Of a DNA stretch of 64,000 nucleotides, positions 19,804 through 30,943 are shown piece by piece. A model generated the notes under the pieces. The model worked only from the letters and a program-made list of their open reading frames with translations. It did no database searches and had not been told where the DNA came from. A program made the position numbers and the translations under genes. Source of the DNA: Rebecca billardiae RCC1528 (taxonomy: Eukaryota; Protista; Haptophyta). Positions within the stretch are counted from its first letter, which is position 1; each line of letters starts with the position of its first letter. Location: assembly GCA_965240325.2 (NCBI GenBank), contig OZ251227.1, positions 2,480,001 to 2,544,000 on the forward strand, written 5' to 3'.

Positions 19804-19892
19804 CAGTCCCGCGCGGAGAGGAGAGCCAACCTGCCCGACACTGTCTTGGCACGGGCGGCCGTTTGACTTTTGAAAACGGACAGCGCGGGACG

Positions 19893-21644
19893 ATGGCGGC
19901 GGACGACCGCGAGAACGGCGCGGTGGTGCTCGAGCACGTCCGGCAGCTCGAGCAGGAGCTGGCGATCTGGACGGCGGAGAATCGCGAGCTCGACGCTGCG
20001 ATCGCCGCCGCCTCGGACGTCTCCGCTGGCACGGGCGCCGCCAGCGCCAGCCGGCGCGGAGTGTCAGCGGACGACCAGCGAGATCTGGAGGACGCGCTGC
20101 TCAGCCGGCACGAGGAGTTCACCCGCACGCAGCGACAGCTGGCCGACGCCGAGAACGAGCTGGACCTCAACCGCACCGAGCTTCGCGGGCTGTACCGCGA
20201 GCTCGCGTCGCACCGCCAGGCCGGGAAGGCCGCCGCCGTCGAGATGGCCACGCTGCAGGTCGCCCTCGAGGAGAGCCTCACCGCCGCGCTCGCTGCGGAG
20301 AACGCCGCGCTCCTGCACGACCGCGTGGGGCGCTTCCGCGCGCGTACGCAGGCGGGGCCACCACACAGTGCGAGCGCGAGCCCGCCGCGCAGCCGCAGCT
20401 GCGCGCGCGCGGGCAGCGCGGACACGGCCGCAAGCAGCGCGGTGCGCGCCGTGGTCCAAGCAGACGTCGAGCACCGCGCGCGCTTTGCAGAGGCGGCGAT
20501 GCCGCTGCTGTGCCAAGAAGCGCAGCGGCTTGACGAGGCGGTGTCCGCGCTCGCGGCGGAGCTGGGCGAGGGCGTGGCGCGCGCGAGGCTCGACGCCGCC
20601 GCGCAGCTCCGCCACGCGCGCGAGCTGCACGACGAGGCCCTCGCGCGAGAGGCGGAGGAGGCAGGCCAGCTGGTGCTGCTGCTGCGCACGCGGCGCAAGA
20701 GGCTTGGCGAGAGCGCGGCGCGGATGGCCGAGCTGCTCGTCGCGGCGCGCGGCGCGGCCGAGCAGTACGTGCAGCTGCGGCACGAGCGGCACACCCAGCT
20801 CGCCACACAGCTGCAGCTGCGCGCTGCGCGGTGCAAGGCCCTGCTGGGCTCGATGCGTGAGGGCGGCGACGGCTCGGCGGCCACACTCCCGGGCGGCGCG
20901 CCGGGCGGCGCGCCGCGCGCTGAGGCGGAGATGAAGCTGGAGGCCACCCTGCTGGACGAGGAGCTGCGCGCTGAGCTGCAGCGCGTGCAGAAGCTGATCC
21001 ACGCCATCGACTGGGAGTCGAGCCGCGCGAAGCGGCTGCAGCAGTACGCCGCGCTCGCACGCTCGCAGGCCTCGCGCTGCCGCGCGGCCCACCGGTCGGA
21101 CAATCTCGTGCCCGAGATCGAGGTGCGTCAGGTGGAGACGGCGCACGTGCTGCGCCGGCGGGAGCGGCAGGTGGAGCGCTTGCGCGGCGCGGAGGTGTCG
21201 GCTGGCACGCTGTTGGAGGAGCTCATGGCGGACGTCGGCCGCGATCCGCTCGCGGAGCAGGCCGAGGCGTGGCGCGAGGTGTGCGCACACTCACAACGCC
21301 TGGCAGAGCGGCTCAACAGCACCGTCGCGGCCGCCGAGACGTCCCACCTGGCCACGGCGCTGAGCCCAGCGAGCGAGGCACCGCGCGGCGCAGCCCAAGC
21401 GGAGCCGCGGCCGGGCGCGGTCACCGCCTCGTGCAGTGCACCGTCAGGCAGCGGCGCCGCGTCCTGCAGCCCCGCTGCCGCCGTGCCACGAGCGGTGCCG
21501 ACGGTCCTGGTGACGACGCCATCGCGCGAGTCATCGTGGGCTGACGAGCACGAATCGCACGACGTCGACGCCGACGGGGTCACCGCAGCGTGCCGCCACG
21601 CGGCGCCAGGTGCAGGACCGGCGGCGGCGGCAGCATCAAGATGA
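19893..21644 (+). CDS. Coiled-coil hypothetical protein
   Basis: Long E/R/L/A heptad-rich ORF divergent from the TPR gene. Confidence 0.7.
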   Translation: MAADDRENGAVVLEHVRQLEQELAIWTAENRELDAAIAAASDVSAGTGAASASRRGVSADDQRDLEDALLSRHEEFTRTQRQLADAENELDLNRTELRGLYRELASHRQAGKAAAVEMATLQVALEESLTAALAAENAALLHDRVGRFRARTQAGPPHSASASPPRSRSCARAGSADTAASSAVRAVVQADVEHRARFAEAAMPLLCQEAQRLDEAVSALAAELGEGVARARLDAAAQLRHARELHDEALAREAEEAGQLVLLLRTRRKRLGESAARMAELLVAARGAAEQYVQLRHERHTQLATQLQLRAARCKALLGSMREGGDGSAATLPGGAPGGAPRAEAEMKLEATLLDEELRAELQRVQKLIHAIDWESSRAKRLQQYAALARSQASRCRAAHRSDNLVPEIEVRQVETAHVLRRRERQVERLRGAEVSAGTLLEELMADVGRDPLAEQAEAWREVCAHSQRLAERLNSTVAAAETSHLATALSPASEAPRGAAQAEPRPGAVTASCSAPSGSGAASCSPAAAVPRAVPTVLVTTPSRESSWADEHESHDVDADGVTAACRHAAPGAGPAAAAASR

Positions 21645-22788
21645 CGACGACGCACTACAGCACATCAATCATCATCAGCAGGTAACGTGGTCTTGAGTCG
21701 AGTCGTCACTCGTCTTCATCATCATCATTCATCTCAGACATCTGGCGGTGCGTGACACTTTGACTCTGCTGTCATCAGCAGACCGGTCGTATAACGACTC
21801 GGCCCGACGACCCTCGCCGACGGGCCTCGCCTCGGTCATCGCGCCCGCGGGCGCGGGCAGTGCCGTGGCGGGCGTGAGCATCATCGACATCAGCAGCGTC
21901 AGCGTCTCGCCGTCTCCGAGAGTGCGCGTGGCAGCGTGATCCACTGATCGCCCGATCGGACTCGGTCTCGGAGTCGGACCGCGCCTCGGCGCCTGCTAAA
22001 TGCCTGCTAATCCAGTATTCGCCCGAGCAGTAGTAATCAATAATGTCAGCTAAGCCTGATGAGACATGAGTGATGATGACTGATCTGAGATGCTGCTGCT
22101 GTAATACTCGGTGTCACGGTAGTCCAGTACACAGAGTCAGACGGTGACTCACGCCCACGGCACGGTGTCGGTGACGCCGCCGTGACACAGACAGTGACAC
22201 TGAGTCACACTGACACTGTCTGTCACTGACGGTCTGCTGACCCATTCTATGATTTAACGACACAGGTAGGACGACGCGGGTCTCCTGATTCGTCGGCGGC
22301 AGTGCCCGATCGTCGACACGAAGTCGGCGTTGGTGGCAGAGCATAGCCTGCACCGGGGAACCTTAGACTTAGAGTCTGCAGCGGTGATTAATTCCGGTGA
22401 ATATTTCGCGTCGTCGACATATTATATTGTTATATATATTATGCCGGGGGCCGAACCGGTGCCCATGATGACTAGTGGATGGACTCCGTCCGCCTACTTG
22501 GACTCGCCGGTGACTCCGTCTCCGACGGTCCCGGTCCGGAGCCCGCGTCTGGCGCAGACGCCGGAGTCCTGAGGCTGAAGCCACAGAAGAGGTCCTCGTC
22601 AAACCTCATTCAGGGACAGGAGTCCGGCAGCTCATCAGCAGGCCTCACCATGGACGCCGGATGACGCGACACTGGTGCGACGCCGTTCCACGAGGCGGCC
22701 CTGCCTGCCAGTCTGCGCGACTACCAGCCGCGCATCGGCGCGTGGTGCCGCGCAGCTGCGTAGGACCGCCGCCAGCGCAGCGGCCTGG

Positions 22789-23337
22789 TCACTCGGGCGG
22801 GTGGCTCTTGATGAGGCCGAGCTTCTCGGCCTGCTGCGAGGCGTGCTTGGAGACGGTGTCCGACGCGCGCTCGACGTACGGCGCGGTGCGCGCGATGAAT
22901 TCGGGGTAGAGGAAGAAGGCGGCCGCGCCCCCGCCGACCACCAGGTTGCGCACGAGCGGGCGGATCCCTGAGCGGTACGCCGGCGCGACCGCGAGGAACG
23001 TGACGCCCGCGACCACCAGCGCGGGGTTCTCGCGGCGCAGGTCGAGGGCCCGCTGCTTGGTGATGTCGAGGTGCGACGATCCCGTGTTAAGCACGTCCTC
23101 CACCTTCTCGCGTCCGCTGCTGATGACAGAGGTGACCGAGCCGACCGACTCCTCGCATCGCTCCCGCATCTCGCGCACGCGCACGCGGAGCCAGTTGTCC
23201 TCTTCAGTCGCCTGTAGCTCCTTGAGGGCGGTGATGGCTGGCGAGGCGGCCTCGTTCACCCACTGCCATTGCTCCTGCACCTTCCCGGCGAGCTCTTGCA
23301 GCTGTTTGAGGTTGTCCTCACCCACCTGCTTGGACAT
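22789..23337 (-). CDS. Small membrane protein, MICOS MIC26/MIC27 (ApoO)-like
   Basis: Helical N-terminus, two hydrophobic segments separated by a basic loop, the second ending GGGAAAFFLYPE. Confidence 0.55.
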   Translation of the reverse strand: MSKQVGEDNLKQLQELAGKVQEQWQWVNEAASPAITALKELQATEEDNWLRVRVREMRERCEESVGSVTSVISSGREKVEDVLNTGSSHLDITKQRALDLRRENPALVVAGVTFLAVAPAYRSGIRPLVRNLVVGGGAAAFFLYPEFIARTAPYVERASDTVSKHASQQAEKLGLIKSHPPE

Positions 23338-23572
23338 GCCGCCGATCGACACGGGTGGCTCTGGACGCGGGCCAGCAAGGATGCCTGCCCTGGAAGTCCG
23401 GCGGCTCAGCAGGCCCTGGTCCGGGCGAGCTGCCCACACAGCAGCCGATTTTGTTTTGTGAGCCGGCGCGCGATTTTCGGCAGCGCCAAAAAGAAAGACA
23501 GGCTGGGCTGCAGTGCTGCACAGCTCGACATCTCCGCCAGCGCGGAGGTGTCGTTCGTCGCAGCTCGGCACG

Positions 23573-26500
23573 ATGCTGCTAACGCCTGGCGTGCTGCTCC
23601 TAGCGGCCGTCTCGGCGGGGGTGGGACCTGCGGCCCCGGCGCAGGTGGCGCCAGGCGTTGCGCACCGGCTCTCGCCCGCGCGCACGCTCGAGCTCCCGAC
23701 CGCGAGCTCCTTACCCGCGCACGCCAGGCCACGCGGCGGGTACGGCGTTCGCGTCGAGCTCCACGGCGCGTCTCTCGCGCTCAATGGATCGACGCACCGC
23801 GTGGAGAACGGCACGTGGGTGTGGCGCATGCAGCTGCGCAGCGCCGGGGCGCACTCGCTGAGCGCCCACCTCGACGGCGTGCGCGTCGAGCCGGGCGACG
23901 CGCTTTACGTCTACAGCGGAACGCACGGACACGGTGCGGGCCGCGCCTACTCGCACTCAGCGGGCGCCAGCCGGAGGAGCGAGCAGCTGGTCACCGCGCC
24001 CCTGCCGGGCGAGGCGCTCGTGCTTGAATATTGCGCCGCGCCCGGCTCGCCCGCGGCTGCGGGCCCTCCGCTCCGCGTGCGCGCCGCGATCGTGGGCGTG
24101 CGTCCGACATTCGGGATCCACCGGTTTGGCGGCGGCGGCGGCGGCGGCGGCCTCGGCGAAGGCGGCGAAGGCCTCAGCAGCGGCGGCGACGGCGGCAACG
24201 GCGGCAACGGCGGCGACGACCACGCCGCCGTTCGCGACGACGGCGCCGCTCCCGCCGCCGCCGCCGAGGAGAAGGCGGGCGGCCTCCCGACGGAGCGCGT
24301 TCCACCCAAGAGCTCCGCCGCCGCCGCGGGCGGCACGAACGAGGACCGCGGGCACTCGCGCCGCGCGCGCGTGCACAACTCGAGCTGGACGTTCGACTCC
24401 CTCGTCTCCGAGCTCGAGTACGGCGTGCACGCCTCCGAGGCCGCGCACCTCAGCTGCCAGGTCAACCCGTCCTGCCCCGAGGTCGAGCAATGGTCGGAGG
24501 TGACGCGCGGCGTGGCGCTCGTACTGAACGAGTACGGCGCGCTGTGCTCCGGCTCGCTGGTGAACACGCTCACGCCCGCCGCCTCCGGCGGGCGCGGCGG
24601 CGCGCGGCACCAGTACTTCCTCACCGCCTTCCACTGCATCCGCGAGGTCGTCGAGGCGCCGGCGTTCGACGTCGCCAACGAGAGCTCGACGTGGCTGCCT
24701 TTTTTATTCGTCTTTAATTGGGTCTCGCCCTCGTGCCACCCGTCGCGCGCGCCGTCGAGCCGGCGCGCGCTCGAGGCGGCGGGCGCGGACGCGGTCTTCG
24801 GCGCGCACATCCGCGCGTACGGCAACGACTCCGACTTCGCGCTCCTCGAGATCGAGGAGCCCATCCCGCGCGCGTACAATGTCCGGTACAACGGCTGGGA
24901 CGCGACCGCGGCCGTGCCGGCCGGCGCGTTCGTCGTGCATCACCCGGAGGGCGACCTGATGAAGGTGGCGGTGGAGCGCGACGCGCTGCGGCTCGGGCTG
25001 TTCGGCGGGCAGGGCTACCACCAGACCATCGCGCACACGCGGCGCACGTGGCAGGCGCCGCACTGGTACGTGCAGCACTACGAGCTCGGCTCGACCGAGT
25101 CGGCGTCGTCGGGCGCGCCGCTCTTCTCCCCGGATGGCCTCGTGGTGGGCGTGCTCCACGGCGGCTTCGCGACGTGCGAGGACCCGTCGCACGACTGGTT
25201 CGGCCGGCTGTCGTACATGTTCCACAACCGGCTGCTCTTCGAGCAGGGCATCCGGCACGGCCAGCTCCAGCCGTGGCTCGATCCGGGCGCGACCGCGCGG
25301 CTGCGCACGCGCGGCGCGGACGGCGAGCCGCATGCCAACGTGCCGAGTGCAGACGCAGGCCTGATGGTGCAGCCCAAGCTGATCGAGCTGGGCGCGGTGG
25401 GCGCGGCGCACGTGCGCGCGGAGCGGAGGCGCGAGCGGCACGAGCCGAGCGCCGCCGCCGCCGACCCCGTGCGCGTGCGCCTCTCCCTGCTCGCGCGGCC
25501 GACCGCGCCCGTGGCCGTGTACGCGCGCGCCGCCGAGCCCGCCGCGCCGGGCGCGCACGCGCGCGCGCACGGCACCTCCCGCCGTGGGCGCATGCGGCGC
25601 GAGAGCGACGCGCACAACAGCCTGAACCGGCTCGACGACATGGACCCGCCTCCAGAGCAGCCCGCGCCGGCGCCGCGCTCCGGCCCGCGCGCGGGCGGCG
25701 TGGGCAAGGCGTCCCTCCCGGACGCGACGAGCAAAGCGCCCGCCTCCGACGGCGGCGCGGGCGGTCCACCATTCTCAGCGGCGCTCGCCGACGGCTCGGT
25801 GCTCGTGGCGGTGCTCGCGGACGCGCAGGCGCCGAGCGACGCGCGCGCCGACGCGGAGGCCGCCCCGTGGTTCTCGCCGCGCGACGTGCAGCTGCCGCCG
25901 GCGCTCGTCAGCCGCGCCGTCGGCGCCGCGCGGCACAAGCAGGACCAGCCGATGCTGCAGCTGTGCGCGCGCTCCGCGGACGCGGCGTACGATGGTGTGG
26001 TGCTCGACCTCGCGATTGCGACCGCGACGCCGCCGGCGGGGGGTCGGCACGCGCAGCCGGGCACGCCGCCGGGCGTGCAGTTCGAGACGTGCGTGCGCGT
26101 GCTGAGCGGCACCTCGCAGCTCCCCGGCCTCCTCCCCGGCAGCGGGTACGACGTGCGCTCGTGCTACGCCAAGTGCAGAGGTTCGCCTTTCTTCGGCCTC
26201 GCCGCCTCGCGCTGCGTGTGCGCCTCGCGGCTCGGCGCGCACCTCTCGGTCGTGCCGAGCGACTGCGGGCCGCCGTGCGCCTCGGAGGTGGACACGGACG
26301 TGTACTCGCTCTGCGGCTCCGAGTACTACGTCGCCGTCTACACCACGGGGGCGCACGGCCACGAGCACGCGCTCGAGCTGAGAGGCGCGCCGCGCGCGCA
26401 GCCGACGGGCGCGCGGCGGGCGCGCGGCGCGCCCGCGCTGCGCCCGCTGGCGGCCGATGCGCGCGCACTCGCGCGGAGGGCGCTGCCGGCCCTCGCCGTG

Positions 26501-26689
26501 TGCTGCGTGGCAGCTCTCTTGCTTGCCGCGCGCAGGCGCGCCATCTCACGACGCCGGGCTGATGGCGGCTTGGCGTGGCGGAGCTGCTCGGATCGCCCGC
26601 TGGCGATGCACCGGGCCACCGCGTCTGCCGTGGCGTCGCCATTGGCATCAGCAGCAGTGGCGGCGCCGGCCCTGGCTCCGATGCACTAG
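23573..26689 (+). CDS. Secreted/membrane-anchored lysyl-endopeptidase-like serine protease (S1) with WSC domain and C-terminal hydrophobic segment
   Basis: Signal peptide; CSGSLVN, YFLTAFHC, SDFALLEI, GWD, HHPEGD, TESASSGAPLF, VGVLHGG, DWFGR; WSC cysteine pattern C..KC...FFGL....CVC....C..PC......CGS....VY. Confidence 0.85.
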   Translation: MLLTPGVLLLAAVSAGVGPAAPAQVAPGVAHRLSPARTLELPTASSLPAHARPRGGYGVRVELHGASLALNGSTHRVENGTWVWRMQLRSAGAHSLSAHLDGVRVEPGDALYVYSGTHGHGAGRAYSHSAGASRRSEQLVTAPLPGEALVLEYCAAPGSPAAAGPPLRVRAAIVGVRPTFGIHRFGGGGGGGGLGEGGEGLSSGGDGGNGGNGGDDHAAVRDDGAAPAAAAEEKAGGLPTERVPPKSSAAAAGGTNEDRGHSRRARVHNSSWTFDSLVSELEYGVHASEAAHLSCQVNPSCPEVEQWSEVTRGVALVLNEYGALCSGSLVNTLTPAASGGRGGARHQYFLTAFHCIREVVEAPAFDVANESSTWLPFLFVFNWVSPSCHPSRAPSSRRALEAAGADAVFGAHIRAYGNDSDFALLEIEEPIPRAYNVRYNGWDATAAVPAGAFVVHHPEGDLMKVAVERDALRLGLFGGQGYHQTIAHTRRTWQAPHWYVQHYELGSTESASSGAPLFSPDGLVVGVLHGGFATCEDPSHDWFGRLSYMFHNRLLFEQGIRHGQLQPWLDPGATARLRTRGADGEPHANVPSADAGLMVQPKLIELGAVGAAHVRAERRRERHEPSAAAADPVRVRLSLLARPTAPVAVYARAAEPAAPGAHARAHGTSRRGRMRRESDAHNSLNRLDDMDPPPEQPAPAPRSGPRAGGVGKASLPDATSKAPASDGGAGGPPFSAALADGSVLVAVLADAQAPSDARADAEAAPWFSPRDVQLPPALVSRAVGAARHKQDQPMLQLCARSADAAYDGVVLDLAIATATPPAGGRHAQPGTPPGVQFETCVRVLSGTSQLPGLLPGSGYDVRSCYAKCRGSPFFGLAASRCVCASRLGAHLSVVPSDCGPPCASEVDTDVYSLCGSEYYVAVYTTGAHGHEHALELRGAPRAQPTGARRARGAPALRPLAADARALARRALPALAVCCVAALLLAARRRAISRRRADGGLAWRSCSDRPLAMHRATASAVASPLASAAVAAPALAPMH

Positions 26690-27584
26690 CAAGTGCGGTA
26701 TATTCGTCAATGCTGTCGCCATATATATAGTCGTGGTCGATCTCATATCATAGTCCGGCAGCGCGCATCATCACTCTACATCATAGAGCCGAGTAGCGGA
26801 AGTGACTGCCCGAAGTGCCGATGACGGGCCCGTCACAGCTAGTCTTGCACTCCGACTCCGTCTCCGATCCGAGACTCCATCAGTCACTGCTGATGTCTGC
26901 TGATCCGGACGAGCAGCACGGACTCCCTCCAGGCTCCAGCAGCCACTCTGCAGCCAGCAGGCTGCCCTGATAATAAGCAATTATTAATCCGCCGCCAGCA
27001 GGGCTCCGCAGGACTGCTACAGCTTAGCCTGCCTAGTACAGTAGTTATTGAACTGTAGTCGTACTGCATCACAGCAGCTTTAAGCCTTTAAAGACGCCAG
27101 CACTGCTAGTTACGACTCATCATCACTCAGTCTCAGACATCTGAGTAGCAGTAGGGACTACACTATACTGCTACTAGTTAGTCGTCAAGTCACACTATTA
27201 CAGAGTCAGAGTATAACAGTACAGATAGACGTGCGTGCACGCGCGTTGACGTTGTCCGCAGCGGCCCGCGCGAGGCCGCGGACACTGATCAATATCAAGC
27301 GAGTGACAGGACACACTCGTAACACATATGCAGGTCCGTCGCATATATCAATCAGGCCATACGTATGTATACATCATGACGACATCATCACGTATCACTC
27401 AATACTCATCGGCATCGGAGTATCGGACCCGATGACTTATGAGTCATCATCATCATATATATATATGGCGGCCGATGATCCGCCCGATCCGCCGCGGGCC
27501 CGATCCGCGATCGGCCGATCGCACCGATGGCAATGGCGCGATGGCCCAATCGATGGCGGCGATGACCGGATGACGCTAATCATT

Positions 27585-29321
27585 CTAATCAGCAGCCGTG
27601 CGTTTCAACCTCGTCGTCTGCTTCTGGCTGGCGCCGCGCCGCCCAGGGCTGCTGCCAGGCCACGCCACCGGGCGCCCCGTGGGCGAGGCGGAGGCGCTGC
27701 TCACCGAGCGCACGGTGATGAGCCGTGGCTTCTTCCGCGCCGCCGCGCCGCCGCCGCCCCCGGCCTCGGAGACTGTCGTCGCGCGGCTGCCGGCCCAGAC
27801 CATCGCCTTCTGTCGCAGCGCGTGCAGCCGGTTGGCGCCCTTGCCCTCCGGCGGCGGCCGCGGCACCCGCTCGAACTCGACGACCCTGCTCGCCCCTTGC
27901 GCGGCGGGGAACAGCCCGAGCGGCGCGCCTGGCAGCGGGCGCAGGCAGCTCTCAGGCAGCGGGTAGCCCAGGCACGCGTAGTCCTGCACGTACACGCGGC
28001 ACACTACCTGCATGAGGACGGGGTCGGCGTCGAGGATTGCGCGCAGCGTCGCGCGGCTGGGCACGCCCGTGGTCGCGTTGATCCGCTCTCGGCGCTGCGC
28101 GATCCGTATCGCGCTGCCCCGCAGCTTGTCCGACTGCTCGAACTTGGGCGCCACGTTGGAGATCCGGCTCTGCGGCAGCTGGCAGCCGCGCGCGCGCACG
28201 CGCGCCGTCGCGTTCACACGCTCAAGCATCCGCGCCAGATCAGCCGCGAGCGTCTCCTGCCGCATGATCATCGTGATCGGCGGGGGCTCGGTGTCGATGG
28301 GCTCGCACCACGGCCGCCGCCTCGCCGACGCCGCGAAGAGCCGCTCGTTCAGCTCGCTCAGCGGCGAGACGCCCAGCAGCGCGCTCACAGACTCGACGTG
28401 GCCGACGCGGTTGTACCGGCCCGCGCACTCGAGCGAGCGGAGGAACGCGCGGAAGCGCGCGGCCTCGTCGAGCTGGCCGCGCACGTTGGCGAAGCGGCCC
28501 TTGCCCGTCACGGCCGCGGGCGGCGGCCAGTCCGCCCGCCCGCCCGAGTACCCGGCCACCAGCCAGCCCGCCTGCGTGCGGCGCAGCTCGTCCGCGAGCG
28601 CGCCCGCCTCGCCGCCCACGCCGGCCATGCGCAGCGCCGACGCGATGCGCGCGTCGCTGTCGACGAAGGAGGCGAGCATCTGGCGCATGTGCACGGTCGA
28701 GGGCAGCCGGAAGATCCGGCCGCTCGGCATGCTGCGCACCGCGCGCGTCGAGCGCAGCAGCAGCTCGCTGTACCCGCTCAGCAGCCGCTCGAGCGGATCG
28801 CGCGCGAGCGCGACGTGCACCGCGCGCGCCGCGCGCCTCGGGCCCCAGTCGAGCGGGCCGTAGCGGCGCTCCTCGCCTGGGAAGGCGCACTTCCAGAAGG
28901 TGCGCAGGGCCGTGGACCCGGCCTTCAGCACGAGGTGCGCCACGACCGCGTGCTCGGCATCGGCGAGATAGCCCGCGTGCGAGCGGCACGGCACGCGCTC
29001 GAGCTTGCGGACGCGCGCGGAGCAGTGCAGCGGCTTGGGCCAGTCGTCGTCCTCGAACTTTGGGAGCGTGCGCGCGCCCCACGCAGCCGGGCGCCACAGG
29101 CTGCGCACCGACCGACGCGGCGCCGCGTCCTCGACGTTCTTTGCGAGCACCGGCTCCGCGCCGGGCGGCGCAAACTGGTCGTCGAGCTTGTGCAGAGCCA
29201 TGTGGTGGGCGAGCAGCATGCGGCGCGCGCGGGGGCTGGCTATGGCCTCGTTCGGGCAGAAGGGCGCTCGCGCGAGCGCCGCGAGCAGCAGCACGAGCGC
29301 CCATGGCACGTGCCGCTGCAT
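27585..29321 (-). CDS. Golgi-type carbohydrate sulfotransferase (Sulfotransfer_2-like)
   Basis: HLVLKAGST (5'-PSB), RDPLERLLSGY (3'-PB), YVQDYACLGY; signal anchor after the ATG at 29321. Confidence 0.8.
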   Translation of the reverse strand: MQRHVPWALVLLLAALARAPFCPNEAIASPRARRMLLAHHMALHKLDDQFAPPGAEPVLAKNVEDAAPRRSVRSLWRPAAWGARTLPKFEDDDWPKPLHCSARVRKLERVPCRSHAGYLADAEHAVVAHLVLKAGSTALRTFWKCAFPGEERRYGPLDWGPRRAARAVHVALARDPLERLLSGYSELLLRSTRAVRSMPSGRIFRLPSTVHMRQMLASFVDSDARIASALRMAGVGGEAGALADELRRTQAGWLVAGYSGGRADWPPPAAVTGKGRFANVRGQLDEAARFRAFLRSLECAGRYNRVGHVESVSALLGVSPLSELNERLFAASARRRPWCEPIDTEPPPITMIMRQETLAADLARMLERVNATARVRARGCQLPQSRISNVAPKFEQSDKLRGSAIRIAQRRERINATTGVPSRATLRAILDADPVLMQVVCRVYVQDYACLGYPLPESCLRPLPGAPLGLFPAAQGASRVVEFERVPRPPPEGKGANRLHALRQKAMVWAGSRATTVSEAGGGGGAAARKKPRLITVRSVSSASASPTGRPVAWPGSSPGRRGASQKQTTRLKRTAAD

Positions 29322-30943
29322 CGCCGCCGCCAGCGCGCCCTCCACCGCCGCCAACCTCCCGCGCTGCAAGCGGCGCCGGCAGGTGGCAGGTGTGCCCGGC
29401 ACGCCGCGCAGCTGCCGAGCGAGCGACCGGCGTCGGTTGAATTCGTGAAGCAAGACGTTGACGAAGCCGGCTCCGTGCATCAAGTTCGCCGCCATCACTC
29501 TGAACTCGGCGGAGGCCCGTCTCCTCCGGGGGACGTCGTAGTCCTTCATCACCTACTGAACCTCGACGCCCTGGAGTCCTCATCCTCGACTCAGAGGCTT
29601 GATGCCTACCTCTTGGCACCCAGATGGCCGCGGCCCCGCAGCCGTCCGCGCTGGCGTTTCACGGCTGTCCGTGGGCGTGGGTCAGCGCCATAGACCAGGG
29701 TCGTGCGAGCGTGCAAGCCAGCGTGATTGCAGATCAGCAACGGCGTTGCATGCAACGGCGGCACCGCCTCGAGACTTTGGTCTGTGCACGGTTGCCGCGC
29801 GGGTTGTGCACTTGTTCACCCACGCGTCACGCGTGACTCCGGAGTCACTCGGCCTGAGTACGGCGAAATCGGCTTATCTGACAGTGGTGTGTTGTCGTTG
29901 GATCGAGCAGGGATATCCAAGGTCAGTAGGCTGCGAGCCTCCATAGCCATCGCGCAGTAGTCGCGCACACCGTTGTTCCGTCGTTCGCCACCTGGAAGCC
30001 ATCACCGGCATCAGCAGCTGCTCGGTCCGTACTTATCTGAGACTGAGTGAGAGTAGCTAGTCAACAATAGTGTTGGCAGCGTAGAAGCATAATACGGAAC
30101 GGTATCACTAGCTAGCTACCGTGTCTAAGACGGCTGCTACAGAGTACATCAGTTTACTAAGATCGAATTACTAAGAGACGCACACAGCTCAGGCAGGCGA
30201 GATTACAGTACTTCGATATATCTTTCATCTGATTACTGATAGCCGGCTAGTTCTAGCTAGAATAATCCGAATAATAATCGACTGTCTCCGCGGGCCTGCT
30301 TACCGGGACGATTCATACCGCATACGCATAGACCATAGTTAGACATAGTCACATAGTGATCGGACCTCCGCCCGCGCCTCCGGCCCTGCTGAGCCAGGAT
30401 GCTCCGCGGGGCCGCCGAGGCCCGGCCCGCGGGCGGGCCCGGCCCCGGGTCTCCGAACGGTTCCGAACTATAAAGACGCGAATTACAGTCTGGTAGTACT
30501 TTGAGTCTGGCGAGGCTCCGCGAGTCGTAACTGCCGATCGCGGATCGCGGCATCCGTCGGCATCCGTCGGCCTCGTCGTCGCCTCACCCCGTCCCCGACC
30601 CGTCAGGCCGGCGTCGTCCGCGCGTCAACACTGATGTGCCAACAGTCGTGGCGGTGGTGCCCGTAGTGGGCGGTCGGCGACGGTGCTGACAGCGTAGCCG
30701 ATGCGCGACGATACTCGCGTCTCGCGTCGCGCGGCGGAAGTCCAAATCTGGTGTCGGACGTATACGTCGGAACTGACGGAAGTCCAGCCTGGGGGAAAGC
30801 GAGGTAGACGCTCCGCAAGGCGGGCAAGCATTTCCCGGAGTGTACGAGACAGTCTCAGCGAGCGCGCAGACAGGCACTCAGCGCGCGCGGCGAGCACGGC
30901 CGCAGGCTGCCTGCCTGCCTGCCTGCCTCGGCGCCGGTCCGAC

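Noticed and set aside
27231-29693. 820-aa plus-strand ORF and the many other Arg/Ala/Pro-rich overlapping ORFs
   Set aside because: Alternative-frame artefacts of very high GC; the opposite strand carries the sulfotransferase motifs
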